64,000 bases of DNA from Yuukianura sp. NJ FZ-2021. Lineage: Eukaryota. Below, piece by piece: positions 48,192-58,700 of the stretch. Location of the stretch: contig JAJCTO010000010.1 of NCBI GenBank assembly GCA_046563655.1, positions 496,001 through 560,000 on the forward strand. The letters are read 5' to 3'. The stretch's first letter is position 1. Every line of letters starts with the position of its first letter. Below the pieces are notes generated by a model, which saw nothing but the letters and a program-made list of their open reading frames with translations, had not been told where the DNA came from and did no database searches. Both the position numbers and the translations under genes were made by a program.

Positions 48192-49070
48192 ATGCTGCGA
48201 TTCAAACGGTGTGCCAGCATCGCATTGCCACTCCGACCAAGTTCTGGAATTCTTCCAGGATTTGTGTTTTTATGTCCAGCTGATACTGTTTTAGCGGCCA
48301 AGGGAACAGCAGTAATTCGAACCTTTATTGAAGTTGACCTCCCGGAAGGAACTTACGGTCGTATAGTTCCATCCAGCGAACTCGGAAATTTAATTAACGT
48401 AAGAATGGACTTAATTGAACGGGACCAGCGCGGACCAATCGAAATTATCCTTTATTCTCATGATTATACTAACCGAATTATTAAGCGCGGTCAACAAGTC
48501 GCTGAAATCATTTGTGAAAGATTCGATAAGTATGAGTTACAAGAAGTCGCACGGCTTCCGCGAAGAGAGGAAAATGTTATGCGCGCGACTTTTGCCGAGA
48601 CGGCCTGGATGAGGAAAGTCCGCTTCAACCTTCTCGTTATCCCGACGATATGCCGCACTCGGCGAACCTTCGATTTACGGCCAATAATTTTGGGCAACAG
48701 CGGCAATGAGGTTTTCCCGGAAAGAAAATTATTTCCAGTCTTGGAATTTATTGAAGAATCGGGAGATCAGACCCAGAGCCAGATCGGAATTTGGAGCGAT
48801 TTCTTTTTACAATTAGCTACAAGAGATATAGAAAACATTTGCCTTCATTACCAAATTTATCCTCCAAGCTACTATTTTAAATATAAAGAAATCATTTGCA
48901 TAGATTTGCTTCAATGTGATGCGAAATCCTCTTTCCGGCTTTTATTGAAAACGTTCGAGGGTTATCGTCGATATGGTAGATCAATTCGAGAGGAATTGAT
49001 GTACCACATCAGACTTAAATCCCGGGGAGACTACGAACTCCGACCCAGAAGTAATCGGTTCCTACATTAA
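48192..49070 (+). CDS. Degenerate dUTPase-fold protein with C-terminal extension
   Basis: LPEGTYGRIVPSSEL, LIERDQRGPIEIIL, IKRGQQVAEIICER align to dUTPase motifs 2-4 with catalytic substitutions; motif 5 absent. Confidence 0.8.
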   Translation: MLRFKRCASIALPLRPSSGILPGFVFLCPADTVLAAKGTAVIRTFIEVDLPEGTYGRIVPSSELGNLINVRMDLIERDQRGPIEIILYSHDYTNRIIKRGQQVAEIICERFDKYELQEVARLPRREENVMRATFAETAWMRKVRFNLLVIPTICRTRRTFDLRPIILGNSGNEVFPERKLFPVLEFIEESGDQTQSQIGIWSDFFLQLATRDIENICLHYQIYPPSYYFKYKEIICIDLLQCDAKSSFRLLLKTFEGYRRYGRSIREELMYHIRLKSRGDYELRPRSNRFLH

Positions 49071-49236
49071 GGGGATCCTAACTTGTCAAAGGAAAATTAA
49101 CTGTAGTCCCTGTTACACACGTAGTAAATAGTAGAGAAAAACTGTAGTTTATTTATAGTAACAAACATTATAAGGGAACGTAGTTCTAAATAAAAATTTG
49201 TAAAATGTAAATCCGAAATAATCAAATTGATTTCAG

Positions 49237-50463
49237 ATGTCTTCAATTTACACTTCTGCTAAGGATCGATGGGCTGAGAGATTGCGAATTAACCGTCGCA
49301 GAACCATTGTTTTGAATCACCAAATTCGGTCTCAGATTCGGGCAGTCCAGGGTGCCTCCTTAATTTGCTCCATACATCCCTCTGCTCTTCCCAAAACTAT
49401 TCATCATCCCCACTCCTACTTTCATAGACATGAGCAGGTTCAAAAGTTTATTTCACGAATAGCCAGGCAAGAACCTATCGCAGTCACGTGCTTCCAAAAC
49501 GAAGAGACTTACTTAGGGGAGACTACAGCAATCGGCCTCTGCTCATTAGGAATGTCATGTGTCATTGAAACAAAGGAGCTTTATCTTCAAATCAAACCGT
49601 TCTTAGAACCAATTTTCCTGGACGCCACTACGCCAAAAATTTTTGCCTCCTACAGTGAGATTCTTTGGCTCATTCGAGATTTCGGCCTTTACACAGTAGC
49701 TGCCATTGACATCACTCAACTCAAGCTCACGCCAGCTTGGACACATGATATCAGTTTCAACCTTTTATGCGAACAATTCCTTGGAGAATCGCATCAAAAA
49801 CCGAAATTTCATGATCCCACTCTCCTCAAGCTATATACAGCCATGAAAGCACACACAGACACTCTGTTTCGCCTCTGGAAACGTATGAGGATTGGATTGA
49901 CAAAACGAGCTGATTTTGCAGATGTCATCAGAATCATGGTAAAAGCCTCGGGACAAGCTGCAAGTAAGCAGCTTAAATCACCTGGATTAGTAAAAGGCTC
50001 TCGACCGCTAATAGTTCCAGCAGACGTTCCTTCCCGCCGTTTGGACAAACTCATCAGCAATGTTATTATACGACTCGGCGTTATTCTTGACCAACCTCTC
50101 TCCAGTTTTCGCACTCGATATTGGGAATGGGCGACCGTTCAACAAAGTCACGCTCAGGCACGTGTGAATCGATTTCTCCAGTCATTCAAGCTACCTACGG
50201 ATCACCCATTGACTAAAACGGAAGTCATAGCCGAAATCAACAACCTCTTTATGGACGACATCGGTGCAGTAGCTTCATCCACTGGACACTCTCCACAACC
50301 AATCGCTTCACCCGAAGATAGCCCTCCTCCTGCGAAAACACCGCGATTGTCGGCTCCTCCTCCACCAGCAATTGCCGGTACCTCACGCAGCAGCATTCCC
50401 ATACCATCACTGGATCGTTCCTTTCGGCCTCCTGCAGTGCCTAACTGTAACAGTGTAACCTAA
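49237..50463 (+). CDS. Rrp6/EXOSC10-like DEDDy exonuclease-domain protein, predicted inactive
   Basis: TYLGETTAIGL, VIETKEL, FLDATTPKIF..SEILWLIRDFGLYTVAAID resemble Rrp6 SFLGLTCLMQI, IIDTLEL, LTDPAIVKVFH..SDIEWLQKDFGLYVVNMFD; ExoI VDLE reads VTCF. Confidence 0.75.
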   Translation: MSSIYTSAKDRWAERLRINRRRTIVLNHQIRSQIRAVQGASLICSIHPSALPKTIHHPHSYFHRHEQVQKFISRIARQEPIAVTCFQNEETYLGETTAIGLCSLGMSCVIETKELYLQIKPFLEPIFLDATTPKIFASYSEILWLIRDFGLYTVAAIDITQLKLTPAWTHDISFNLLCEQFLGESHQKPKFHDPTLLKLYTAMKAHTDTLFRLWKRMRIGLTKRADFADVIRIMVKASGQAASKQLKSPGLVKGSRPLIVPADVPSRRLDKLISNVIIRLGVILDQPLSSFRTRYWEWATVQQSHAQARVNRFLQSFKLPTDHPLTKTEVIAEINNLFMDDIGAVASSTGHSPQPIASPEDSPPPAKTPRLSAPPPPAIAGTSRSSIPIPSLDRSFRPPAVPNCNSVT

Positions 50464-50465
50464 CT

Positions 50466-51104
50466 GTGGTCACATTAACCAAACCACAACAGACAGCAAC
50501 CATTGTGCGACCATTCGAGGAAGAGTCTACTACCCCGCTCACTGCAAGTCACATTTCCGTTGACCCAGCACCTACTCCGACAATTGCAAGCAGCGAGCCT
50601 CAAGGATGTATCGATGAGCCGTATGTTCCTCGTTCATCTATTGAAACGGAACTTAGAGCTGAATTGGACAAATACAAAATCAAATATCTTGCCATGTCCG
50701 CCAAAGCCCGCACCCTAGAAATTGGGCTCGACCTATACAAATCCTCTCCCCGATCCTCTGAACGATCCTCTCTACGATCCTCTGCCTTAGCCGTTCCTAC
50801 TGCCATTCAAGTGAAGCTGCCTCCCCTCTGGACGCCTCCTGGTCCCAACAAGACGCCGGTTATGGCAGTCACGGCAATGTGTGCCCAAAACCAAGTTGGT
50901 CACACTCCAACTCCAGGGCCAGTTGCAGGGCCATTTTCCAGGCCAGCTCCAGGGCCAGTTGCTGGACCTTCTTCACGCCCAGCTCCAGTGCCAGCACTAC
51001 CTCCGGCAGCCAACTCGGTTGTTATCATAGACTCCGACGACGACGACACCATCTATCGCGCTTCGGACTCTGAAACCGATTACAGCTCCGACGAGGACGT
51101 CTGA
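50466..51104 (+). CDS. Pro-rich/coiled-coil ORF with acidic SIM-like tail, possibly the frameshifted continuation of 49237-50463
   Basis: No ATG start; ELRAELDKYKIKY coil; ends VVIIDSDDDD...SSDEDV just before the purine tract. Confidence 0.5.
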   Translation: MVTLTKPQQTATIVRPFEEESTTPLTASHISVDPAPTPTIASSEPQGCIDEPYVPRSSIETELRAELDKYKIKYLAMSAKARTLEIGLDLYKSSPRSSERSSLRSSALAVPTAIQVKLPPLWTPPGPNKTPVMAVTAMCAQNQVGHTPTPGPVAGPFSRPAPGPVAGPSSRPAPVPALPPAANSVVIIDSDDDDTIYRASDSETDYSSDEDV

Positions 51105-51121
51105 AATTAAACCGGGAAAGA

Positions 51122-51366
51122 TGTTACACCTGGAAAAAGTGCATGAAGGTAGTTTTACTCCGCGCCACCGACGCGGGTAGTCTTTGACTACCCAGGGTGG
51201 CGAAGTGGGTCTGCTGCCGGATCTACGGACCCCTTAAGGGTCAAACTTTCAATACCTACAAATACAATTGGCCTTTTTAGCGCCAAGTGACCACGCTCCT
51301 TCGTTAAGTGGTCAATCGGGTAGGGCACTTATTCGAAGTGACCCCTTGACGTAATTGGCCCTTACA
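51122..51366 (+). repeat. 3' LTR of gypsy B, internally deleted (245 bp)
   Basis: First 36 nt match 32601-32636; the remaining 209 nt match 33467-33675. Confidence 0.92.
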
Positions 51367-53411
51367 ATGATCCAGTACTTTTCACGTAACTTGGCCATCA
51401 TCAGCTGTGCTCCTCCGTGTGCGTTGAAGATGTGAGTGTCCCGGATGATGAGATTGACAATGGGATGAGAATGTGGAAGTAAAATTGGTTTCCTAAAAGT
51501 GTCTGTGTCGATCCGATTAGTCACTTTGGTTTTCACTTTTAGTAGTCCATCTGAGTCCACTTGCACTCTCAAACCCTGAATGACACTTTTGTCCATGGGA
51601 AATGATTCCTCCTGAATGATCTTGATCAATCTTCGTTCTGCCTCCTCCAGTTCTGTGATTGTAGGAATCTCGGACTTCTCTGTAGACTCCTTCTTCAAAA
51701 GACTCACAAACCGGATGACATAAGCAAAAACACGAAGAGTCTGATGAAATGAATACATGGTGACGAGACAGGCGCAGGAGTAGTAATGTTCGTGAGTGTC
51801 GTGATACTCTTCTTACGCTCCTGATTGACTGCATCTTCGTCCACCGATGATTCTGATCTGGGCCACATCTCCTTTTCCAATTTCGGCCAATCAGGTCCCT
51901 CCCACCATCGCGACAGCACGAACCTGGTCGGAGAAGTCCCCCTGGATGGCAGATCTGCCGGATTTTCCAAACCCGGAATGTGGTTCAGATGATGGAAGAC
52001 GACTGCACGGATATCTGCTTTGACACCAATCTTCCCCATCCGGAAACGAAGTAAAATTGAAGGAAGAAGTTCAAGCAGATTCGGTCCTTTCTCTAAGCAC
52101 TCATTAAGTGACGGATTCCTCCCGATCTTGCACGAAGCGTCGAACACTGGACGCACGGTAGTAGTTAAACTGGCCTTGAAGACGGCGCGATGAAGAACAT
52201 AATGACACGGAACACTCTCACTGTCACCCAAGTCCTCGACCACTGAAATTATGCCCTCGGATTCCCATTCCCGAAACACTTTGTCATATTCTGAGAACCG
52301 ATTCAGAGACACTAACTTCCTGGTGGTGTTTTCCAACCGTTTCTGAGCCACTGCACGATTTGTAGGAAGGGATTGAGAGCCATTGATCCAAGGTAGAGAG
52401 ACAGTGTATCATCCTTCCGGATCTGTAGTAACTGTCTTCTGAAAATTTTCAATAGCCTCTCTCTCCCGGTCTTCCTGCGTCTTCTTTTCTACGGGATCAC
52501 GAATTCCAAGGACATCCAAAGACCAAAGCTGGGCGACTGTCGAGCTAGCGATAGTTAGACCCATAGAGGGGCTAAAAGAAGAGGGGCGTTACCCCTCCCC
52601 ACGTCGCCATTGTCGTTAGAACGGCAGATGCCATGATAGTCGCCATTGCAAACGATGTTGCTCGGCGACTGGCAGTGACGACTGCCCCTCCATCCCTTCA
52701 CCATCCCACCGATGGACACGTCACAAGTCAAGGTCGTTCTAGCCTTGTCTAGAATGGGGAAAGTGGTTGATTTCATTTTAGTCTTCTGGAGACGCACGTC
52801 TACGACGTGCTGAAGAAGACTATTGATACGACTTTGTCTGTCCGTCTGTCCGTCCGTCTGTCACGTTTTTTAGAATCCTTTCTACTGAAACATTAGCCCC
52901 ATCGCAGTCGGGGGTTATCTATAGCTCAAGTTTTTTCATTACCTCTACATTGCACTCAAACTCGTACAATAACAACGTAGAAGCAGGCGGCTACTTTACG
53001 TACCCGCAGTATCGTGGCTCCGCAAAACTGTTTTAGTTTCGATTGCACTCAAAATATTTATAAACAACGGAGTTTTGATCTGGTCATTTTCTGGCAGTAT
53101 GTTTAATTACGTTGTTAAATTAACACCGATCAGAGGGTAGAAAATCCGGCTCAAATGTTTAGCATGTGAATAGTGCATAACAGGGGTCAAAGTTGCAGTT
53201 ACTAGAAATTTTTATAATTTTAATTTTCACAAGCGATATACGACCCCTCGAGCCAGCGTTCATTTTTTGTTTCACTAGAAATAAATTTGCATTCACTAGA
53301 AATTTTTATAATTTCGATTTTAAACAATCGATATTGGACCCTATAAATGCGCTTAATTTTGTGCATGATGCAAACTTATTGCACATGATTGTAAAATTGT
53401 GCAGTTATTTT

Positions 53412-54625
53412 TTTTTTTTTTTTTATTAGTTAGTTACTCCCCCTTCGGGCTCGAAGCCCATGGGGAGGGAGTTCGATCGTTGGATTGGGGTGAATAACAT
53501 TGTGTGACAATTCTTCATGACTTTAGTGGTAGATTGAGCTGTTATCAATAATAATTCTGCTGAGATTGAGGATTCCGTTCTAGAGCTAATTTCGAATTAC
53601 AAGATCGGATGTCGTAATTAACTTTTTCTTAGAGTGGAGTTGAATGACGCAATATACTAAGACAAAAATTTGAATGACATACAGAATTGTAAAGTCAGGA
53701 TCTTCCAAAGTTTGGTATTTAGAATAAAGCGAAATTAATGACCGGGATTCTTATGCTACATATTACATAGATCAATGCCATTGGCTTAAGGTTAAATTTC
53801 AATAACCGATCCGCTTGAGTTCACGGTGAAAGTAGTGGTGTATTTCCCGCTGGTCATGATCAGTTTTCCGCTCCGGATTTTAAATTTTGCGTCTGGATTG
53901 TCCATTCGCAATCTGTTCCTTTCCGCTCTCAAAATTCCTTCCCTGGTCCTTTCCAGTTTTGTGCGCTCTGGATTGATAAAAATTTGTCGAAGATATGGGT
54001 CGTCACGAATGCTTGATTTCTGTTTCAGCACGGTATGTTTGTCGACTTCACGCAGTAGCTTCACTTGTACGAGACGTGGACGGTTGGATTTTCTCCCAAG
54101 TCTGCGGCATTGGCTGAAGTCTATCGTAGGGAGCTTCAATTTTTCGAAAACTGTCTGGATCGTTTTGTGAAGACTGGAAATTGTGTCAGTATCTTTTTCT
54201 TCAAGGCCAGAAATGATTAGGTTCGAACAGATGAGCTCCTTATTGATTCGGTTCAATTCCGAATCAATATTGTCAAAACGGTTGTTCACAGCGATAGGGT
54301 CAATAGTTTCTATACCTTTCAATTTTTCAAAAACTGGTCGCCATTCCATAAACTGTGTCACGAGAAATCGCATCTGATCTTCTAGCGAGCCGGTCAAAGG
54401 GTCAGCCTGGGTGTCTTTACTTTTCTTGTCCTCTTTTTGGAGTGGAGATGACGCCGGCCTTTTGGAACTATTAGCAAGGTTAGTGGATGATGCCGAAAGA
54501 ATTGGATTCAGCGTCGGTGATCGAAGTAACTTAGACATGTTGCTATTGTTAAGGCAAATTTCAATGCACAGGAGTATTCAGTCATGCGACTGCCTGTCAC
54601 AGGAGACAAAATCGAACTCCTAACC
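53412..54625 (-). mobile_element. ORF1-only non-LTR retroposon with poly(A) tail and 15-bp TSD
   Basis: TSD TTGTGCAGTTATTTT (53397-53411, 54626-54640); T run at the left end; 3' stem-loop at ~53435-53472. Confidence 0.85.
53792..54538 (-). CDS. LINE ORF1-like protein (coiled coil plus RRM-type domain)
   Basis: NLIISGLEE...RRLGRK..RPRLVQVKL...IFINPERTKLER pattern of CR1/L2/Jockey-group ORF1p. Confidence 0.8.
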   Translation of the reverse strand: MSKLLRSPTLNPILSASSTNLANSSKRPASSPLQKEDKKSKDTQADPLTGSLEDQMRFLVTQFMEWRPVFEKLKGIETIDPIAVNNRFDNIDSELNRINKELICSNLIISGLEEKDTDTISSLHKTIQTVFEKLKLPTIDFSQCRRLGRKSNRPRLVQVKLLREVDKHTVLKQKSSIRDDPYLRQIFINPERTKLERTREGILRAERNRLRMDNPDAKFKIRSGKLIMTSGKYTTTFTVNSSGSVIEI

Positions 54626-56384
54626 TTGTGCAGTTATTTTGACGCTGGGTAATGGACGTTGTCATGACAACACTGGCAATGAATTACGTGCAGGTTGTTT
54701 AGGTTAGTTTCAACGTTCAATTTTGTGCATGTTACACATTTGTCAAATTTTGCAGTCCGGTAATTTCACGCCCGGTAATGGACTTTGTTATTTCAAAATT
54801 TGTGCATACTAGAGAACAATAATTTATTGTGCATCAACGTAATTTTGAAGAGAGTGAGAACTGTTCAGAGCTCAATCTGTACATTTTGATGGAAGCGGTT
54901 TTTTTAACATTTTAAAAACGTTTTCAAACGGTTCATTATCATCTTGGTGCAATTCGTGCACAAAAACGGTTTCTCTCGTTTGGTCGTATCCATTGTCTAC
55001 TCCTCCAGAAGACCTATGCTCAACCCTTGAGCATTGCCCTACCTTGTTTGATTTTATTTTCGTGCATATGGCTGTGGATGTGGTTGCCTAACATGGGGAG
55101 AGTGGTTGATTGCATTTCTGATTCTATTTTCGTGTATATGGCTATGGATGTTGACATTGATGACCATGTCAAAGGTCAAGGTCGTTCTAGCCGTTTAACT
55201 TTTGTTTACTTTTGCTGCATCGCCGCCATTTTCGCCTGAAGAGTAGTTGCCAATTAGCAATTCTTGTGTTGTAGTGACTGGTTTGATTTAAAATAGTACA
55301 CAGTGAAAGGAGTTGTATTGGCGAAAGGGAATGGGACTAGGGGAAACCGGTTTTGTCTTATTGAATTTGAACACCTTTTCATCCTTTCCGTGGCTGGAGT
55401 GGAAAGGGGAGCCCTTGGTCTTAGTAAACTCAGGTGAAGGGCTGAATTTTGTCTTCTCGTCAGTGAAACAGTAATTTGTTTTGTATAAGTTTGTGTATGA
55501 TATGGCGGTTACGTTTTTAGTTTAACCCCGCAGATTCAACATTTGATTGTAATTCCTGTGCTGTACTGTTTTGCTTGCTCCAAAATAGTATAAAGTGAAA
55601 GGAGTTGTATTCGAGAGCTCGGTGAGACAGCGGGGAACCTGTTTTGCCCATTTGCATTTGAATATTTCTCTTACCCTTTTCGAAACTGGAGGGGAGAAGG
55701 GAGCCCTTCATCCTAATAAACGCAGGTGAAGGGACTTGATCTTTTATTAATTCTCAGTAGGAACTGGAAGTGAGGGATTGGAATTGTTGGACAGGAGACC
55801 TTACGTAACAGGCCAATGGCATATAATCCAAGTAGGCTGTGAATGTGCATCTATACGGACAGGTCTTCCGATTTGTAGCTGTATTTTCAAATGGAACAAG
55901 AGAAAAGTTTGATTTCCACTGTGAAATACCGCAACAAAAAAAAAAACGCGGAACTAAGGCATTGGAAGACTGCTGTGCTGTTGCATTGCAGAAAAACCAG
56001 TCAAACCACTAAATCTCCCCTTACACTTCTTCATGCTTCTCCACAACAGTTTAAGGCACGGGCTGCACTCTATGAATTACTGATCGACTACCAGAAAATC
56101 AAGAAATTTACGGTGCAAAAGTTAAAATCGAGGTAAAATTCTTTCAAACTTCCCAATACATTACCGATATAATCAAATAAACGTCATTTTTTGCTCAATT
56201 TTGTAAGAATTGGCTCCGATTTCTAGCAAAGTTTGAACTCTAAACTATTATTTCTGTTAGACTTTAGAAGTATTTGTGCTATTCACTTCAATGTATTTGA
56301 TTTTTTGTATGTAAAAGGTACTAAAGTTGAACGTTTTACTCCAACTAGCCAATAAATTGAAACAAAAAACTCTGAGAAACGCTT

Positions 56385-56951
56385 AATCAATCAATCAATC
56401 GTTTTATTTGATTTTGGCCAATGCCCTATCAATTACATTCCTGCAGTTCCATTAAGTATTAAGAATTAAACACCAGTGTGACCTAGTCAAGTGGTAAAAT
56501 GCTAAATTGAAAAGAAAATGAGTAAAGTATGTAACGTCAATCGAATATAAAAATGTAGTTGACACTGAAGGGAGAAGTAGAGTCATGGGAAAATTTACAA
56601 TCGAAAATCGTTCATTATTCATAGTCCAGGGGTCATCTGTCCAGCGTTGGCTCGAATATTGACAGCACTTTGTGGTGGATTTTTTGAAGTTTTTTGATGA
56701 AGGTGACATCCGAGGCGTTTAGGTTGGTCCAAAAGATTGGGCATTGGTTTGGCGGGAGTCTCAGTTGTATTCTGTGGGGTTCTGTAAGCGGACAGGTCCA
56801 GAGTGCATGGTAATATGAAAGTTGGTCCCCACAGTAAGTGCATCTCTTTTCGGTGAACTGACCGAAGTCAAGCCATTTCCGGTTGAAGTAGAGTAGGTTC
56901 GAGTTCAGTCTAATCTGAAGAATGGGAGTAGTGAGATAGGAAGGAAATCGT
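56385..56951 (-). mobile_element. 3' fragment of a non-LTR retrotransposon
   Basis: IRLNS...CTYCG..SYYHALWTCP C-terminal zinc finger, then 3' UTR, AATAAA and (ATTG)n tail. Confidence 0.7.
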
Positions 56952-57666
56952 TTGTTGTATTTTTCTTTCCACCATTCATTTGACGTCCCAGACAAGCAAC
57001 AAACTGTGAGTCTCGAGGGTTCTTCATTAGAACCAAGTAATGGCAGTTTGCAGTAATTTCCTTTAAGTTCTTGTGAAAAAAATTTTGCACAAGAATAATG
57101 AGCGACACATTGCGGTGGTGAGATGTTCTAGTGAACGCAGTACCAACTTCGGAATTCTGTCCAACTTCATGCATTAAATCATCCAGCACTACAAGGGACG
57201 GTTTATCAGATCCGTCATGCCATTTATCCAGTAGCCCTTGGTGAAACTTTATTTGAGGCATGGCACATTTTAGTTGTGTAAACAACTCTGGCTGTAACTC
57301 TGTATAGCAGTATGTAACACGATTGAACTTTTCCCCAGTAGACGTCAGAATGATCTCGTTCCGACGAAGGATGATTTCCTTAACCAGAGTACTTTTTCCG
57401 CTTTGAGTCATCCCGCTGATGCACATCGTAAAAGGAGCACGTAAATGAGCATCAAATGTTGCCCCGGATAACTCGTCCATAAACAGCGATCCTTTGCCAT
57501 GCTCTTCCGATACATATTCGGCAGGAGTCAAGTGATAAGCAATGTTGTCGTTAACAGGAATGGGGACTTGCATAGTCTTGCATGTCAATTTGTGACGTTT
57601 AAAGTTATCCGACCGTCCAAACTTTTTTGAACAACCTGAACAACTGTATTCCATTTTTATATTCAC
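56952..57666 (-). pseudogene. Polinton-type A32/FtsK packaging ATPase with N-terminal zinc finger, truncated at the LINE fragment
   Basis: PFTMCISGMTQSGKS, LVVLDDLM, SHHRNVSLIILVQNFF, NCHYLVLMKNPRD. Confidence 0.88.
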
Positions 57667-58189
57667 TACGGCAAGGTGTTTACGCTCTGTGAATTCGTTG
57701 TAACTTTTGTGATTTCCACTCAGCGAGAAAAAGAGAGATTCAAAGAGAATATATCTTGTCCGCTTCTGATCTGCGACTAAATGAATTCTCTATCAGGGTG
57801 TAGGACTTATACTCCTCCTCATCTTGCTTTTCAGACAGCCCAAAAGCGTGCTTCTACTCCTCACTCCTCTTCCTCTTACACCTCTCCTCCTCCTCAGATA
57901 ACTGAAGAGCATGCCTATACTCCTCCTCCTCAAATAGCTCCAGAGCATACCTATACTCCTCCTCCTCCTCCTCCTCCTCCTCAGATAGCTCAAGTGCATG
58001 CCTATACTCCTCCTCCTCAGATATCTCAAGAGCATGCCTATACTCCTCCTCCCCGGCCGAAGAGCTTGCCTATACTCGCCCTCCTCCTCCTCAGTCCACG
58101 CGCATACCATCACCCATCACCTAACCTAACCTAGCCTAACCTTACGGCATCCTACTGGAATCATCTTATTTTAGTACACTGTACTTCAA

Positions 58190-58700
58190 ACAACTACACT
58201 GGACTTTACTGAAACTGTTTTGTAATTTCAATAAACTACACTGGACTTTTCTAAAACTGTTTTGTAATTTCAATAAACTACACTGGACTTTTCTAAAACT
58301 GTTTTGTAATTTCAATAAACTACACTGGACTTTTCTAAAACTGTTTTGTAATTTCAATAAACTACACTGGACTTTTCTAAGACTGCTTTGTAATTTCAAT
58401 CAACTACACCGAACTTTTCTAAAACTGCTTTGTAATTTCAATAAACTACACTGGACTTTTCTAAAACTGCTTTGTAATTTCAATAAACTACACTGGACTT
58501 TTCTAAAACTGTTTTGTAATTTCAATAAACTACACTGGACTTTTCTAAAACTGTTTTGTAATTTCAATAAACTACACTGGACTTTTCTAAAACTGTTTTG
58601 TAATTTCAATAAACTACACTGGACTTTTCTCAAACTGTTTTGTAATTTCAACCACCTACATTAGACTTTTCTTAAACTGTTTTGTAATTTCAACCAATTA
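58190..58700. repeat. 42-bp tandem array (mirrored at ~58830-59250)
   Basis: Unit AAACTGTTTTGTAATTTCAATAAACTACACTGGACTTTTCTA. Confidence 0.95.

Larger units (their letters stand above)
32601..51366 (+). mobile_element. Giant env-bearing Ty3/gypsy element B (~18.8 kb) with multiple accessory genes
   Basis: LTRs TGTTACA...TTACA at 32601-33675 and 51122-51366; TSD ATGA (32597-32600, 51367-51370); PBS-like TGGTGCCCGATGCAGGGG at 33678; purine tract CCGGGAAAGA before the 3' LTR; flanks rejoin into one BEL integrase. Confidence 0.95.
30309..52550 (-). mobile_element. BEL/Pao LTR retrotransposon, 5'-truncated and internally deleted, split by gypsy B
   Basis: RPVFDASCK, LEKGPNLL, ENPADLPSRG, WWEGP (51704-52351); GVDLAGP, SDNGTNFVGA, APWWGGWWERL (32023-32466); RPIQRLVPLE C-terminus; integrase zinc finger interrupted between 32600 and 51367. 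Confidence 0.93.
52778..55049 (+). mobile_element. DINE-1/HINE-like non-autonomous Helentron
   Basis: 5' AGTCTTCTGGAG..hairpin..GAAGAAGACT, (GTCY)n microsatellite, 3' CTCCAGAAGAC plus stem-loop TGCTCAACCCTTGAGCA; inserted in a T run; first ~340 bp homologous to 13390-13723. Confidence 0.88.

Noticed and set aside
57781..58134. Extensin-like HAYTPPP protein
   Set aside because: Arises from a CCT-rich tandem repeat that is open on both strands; no independent coding evidence.
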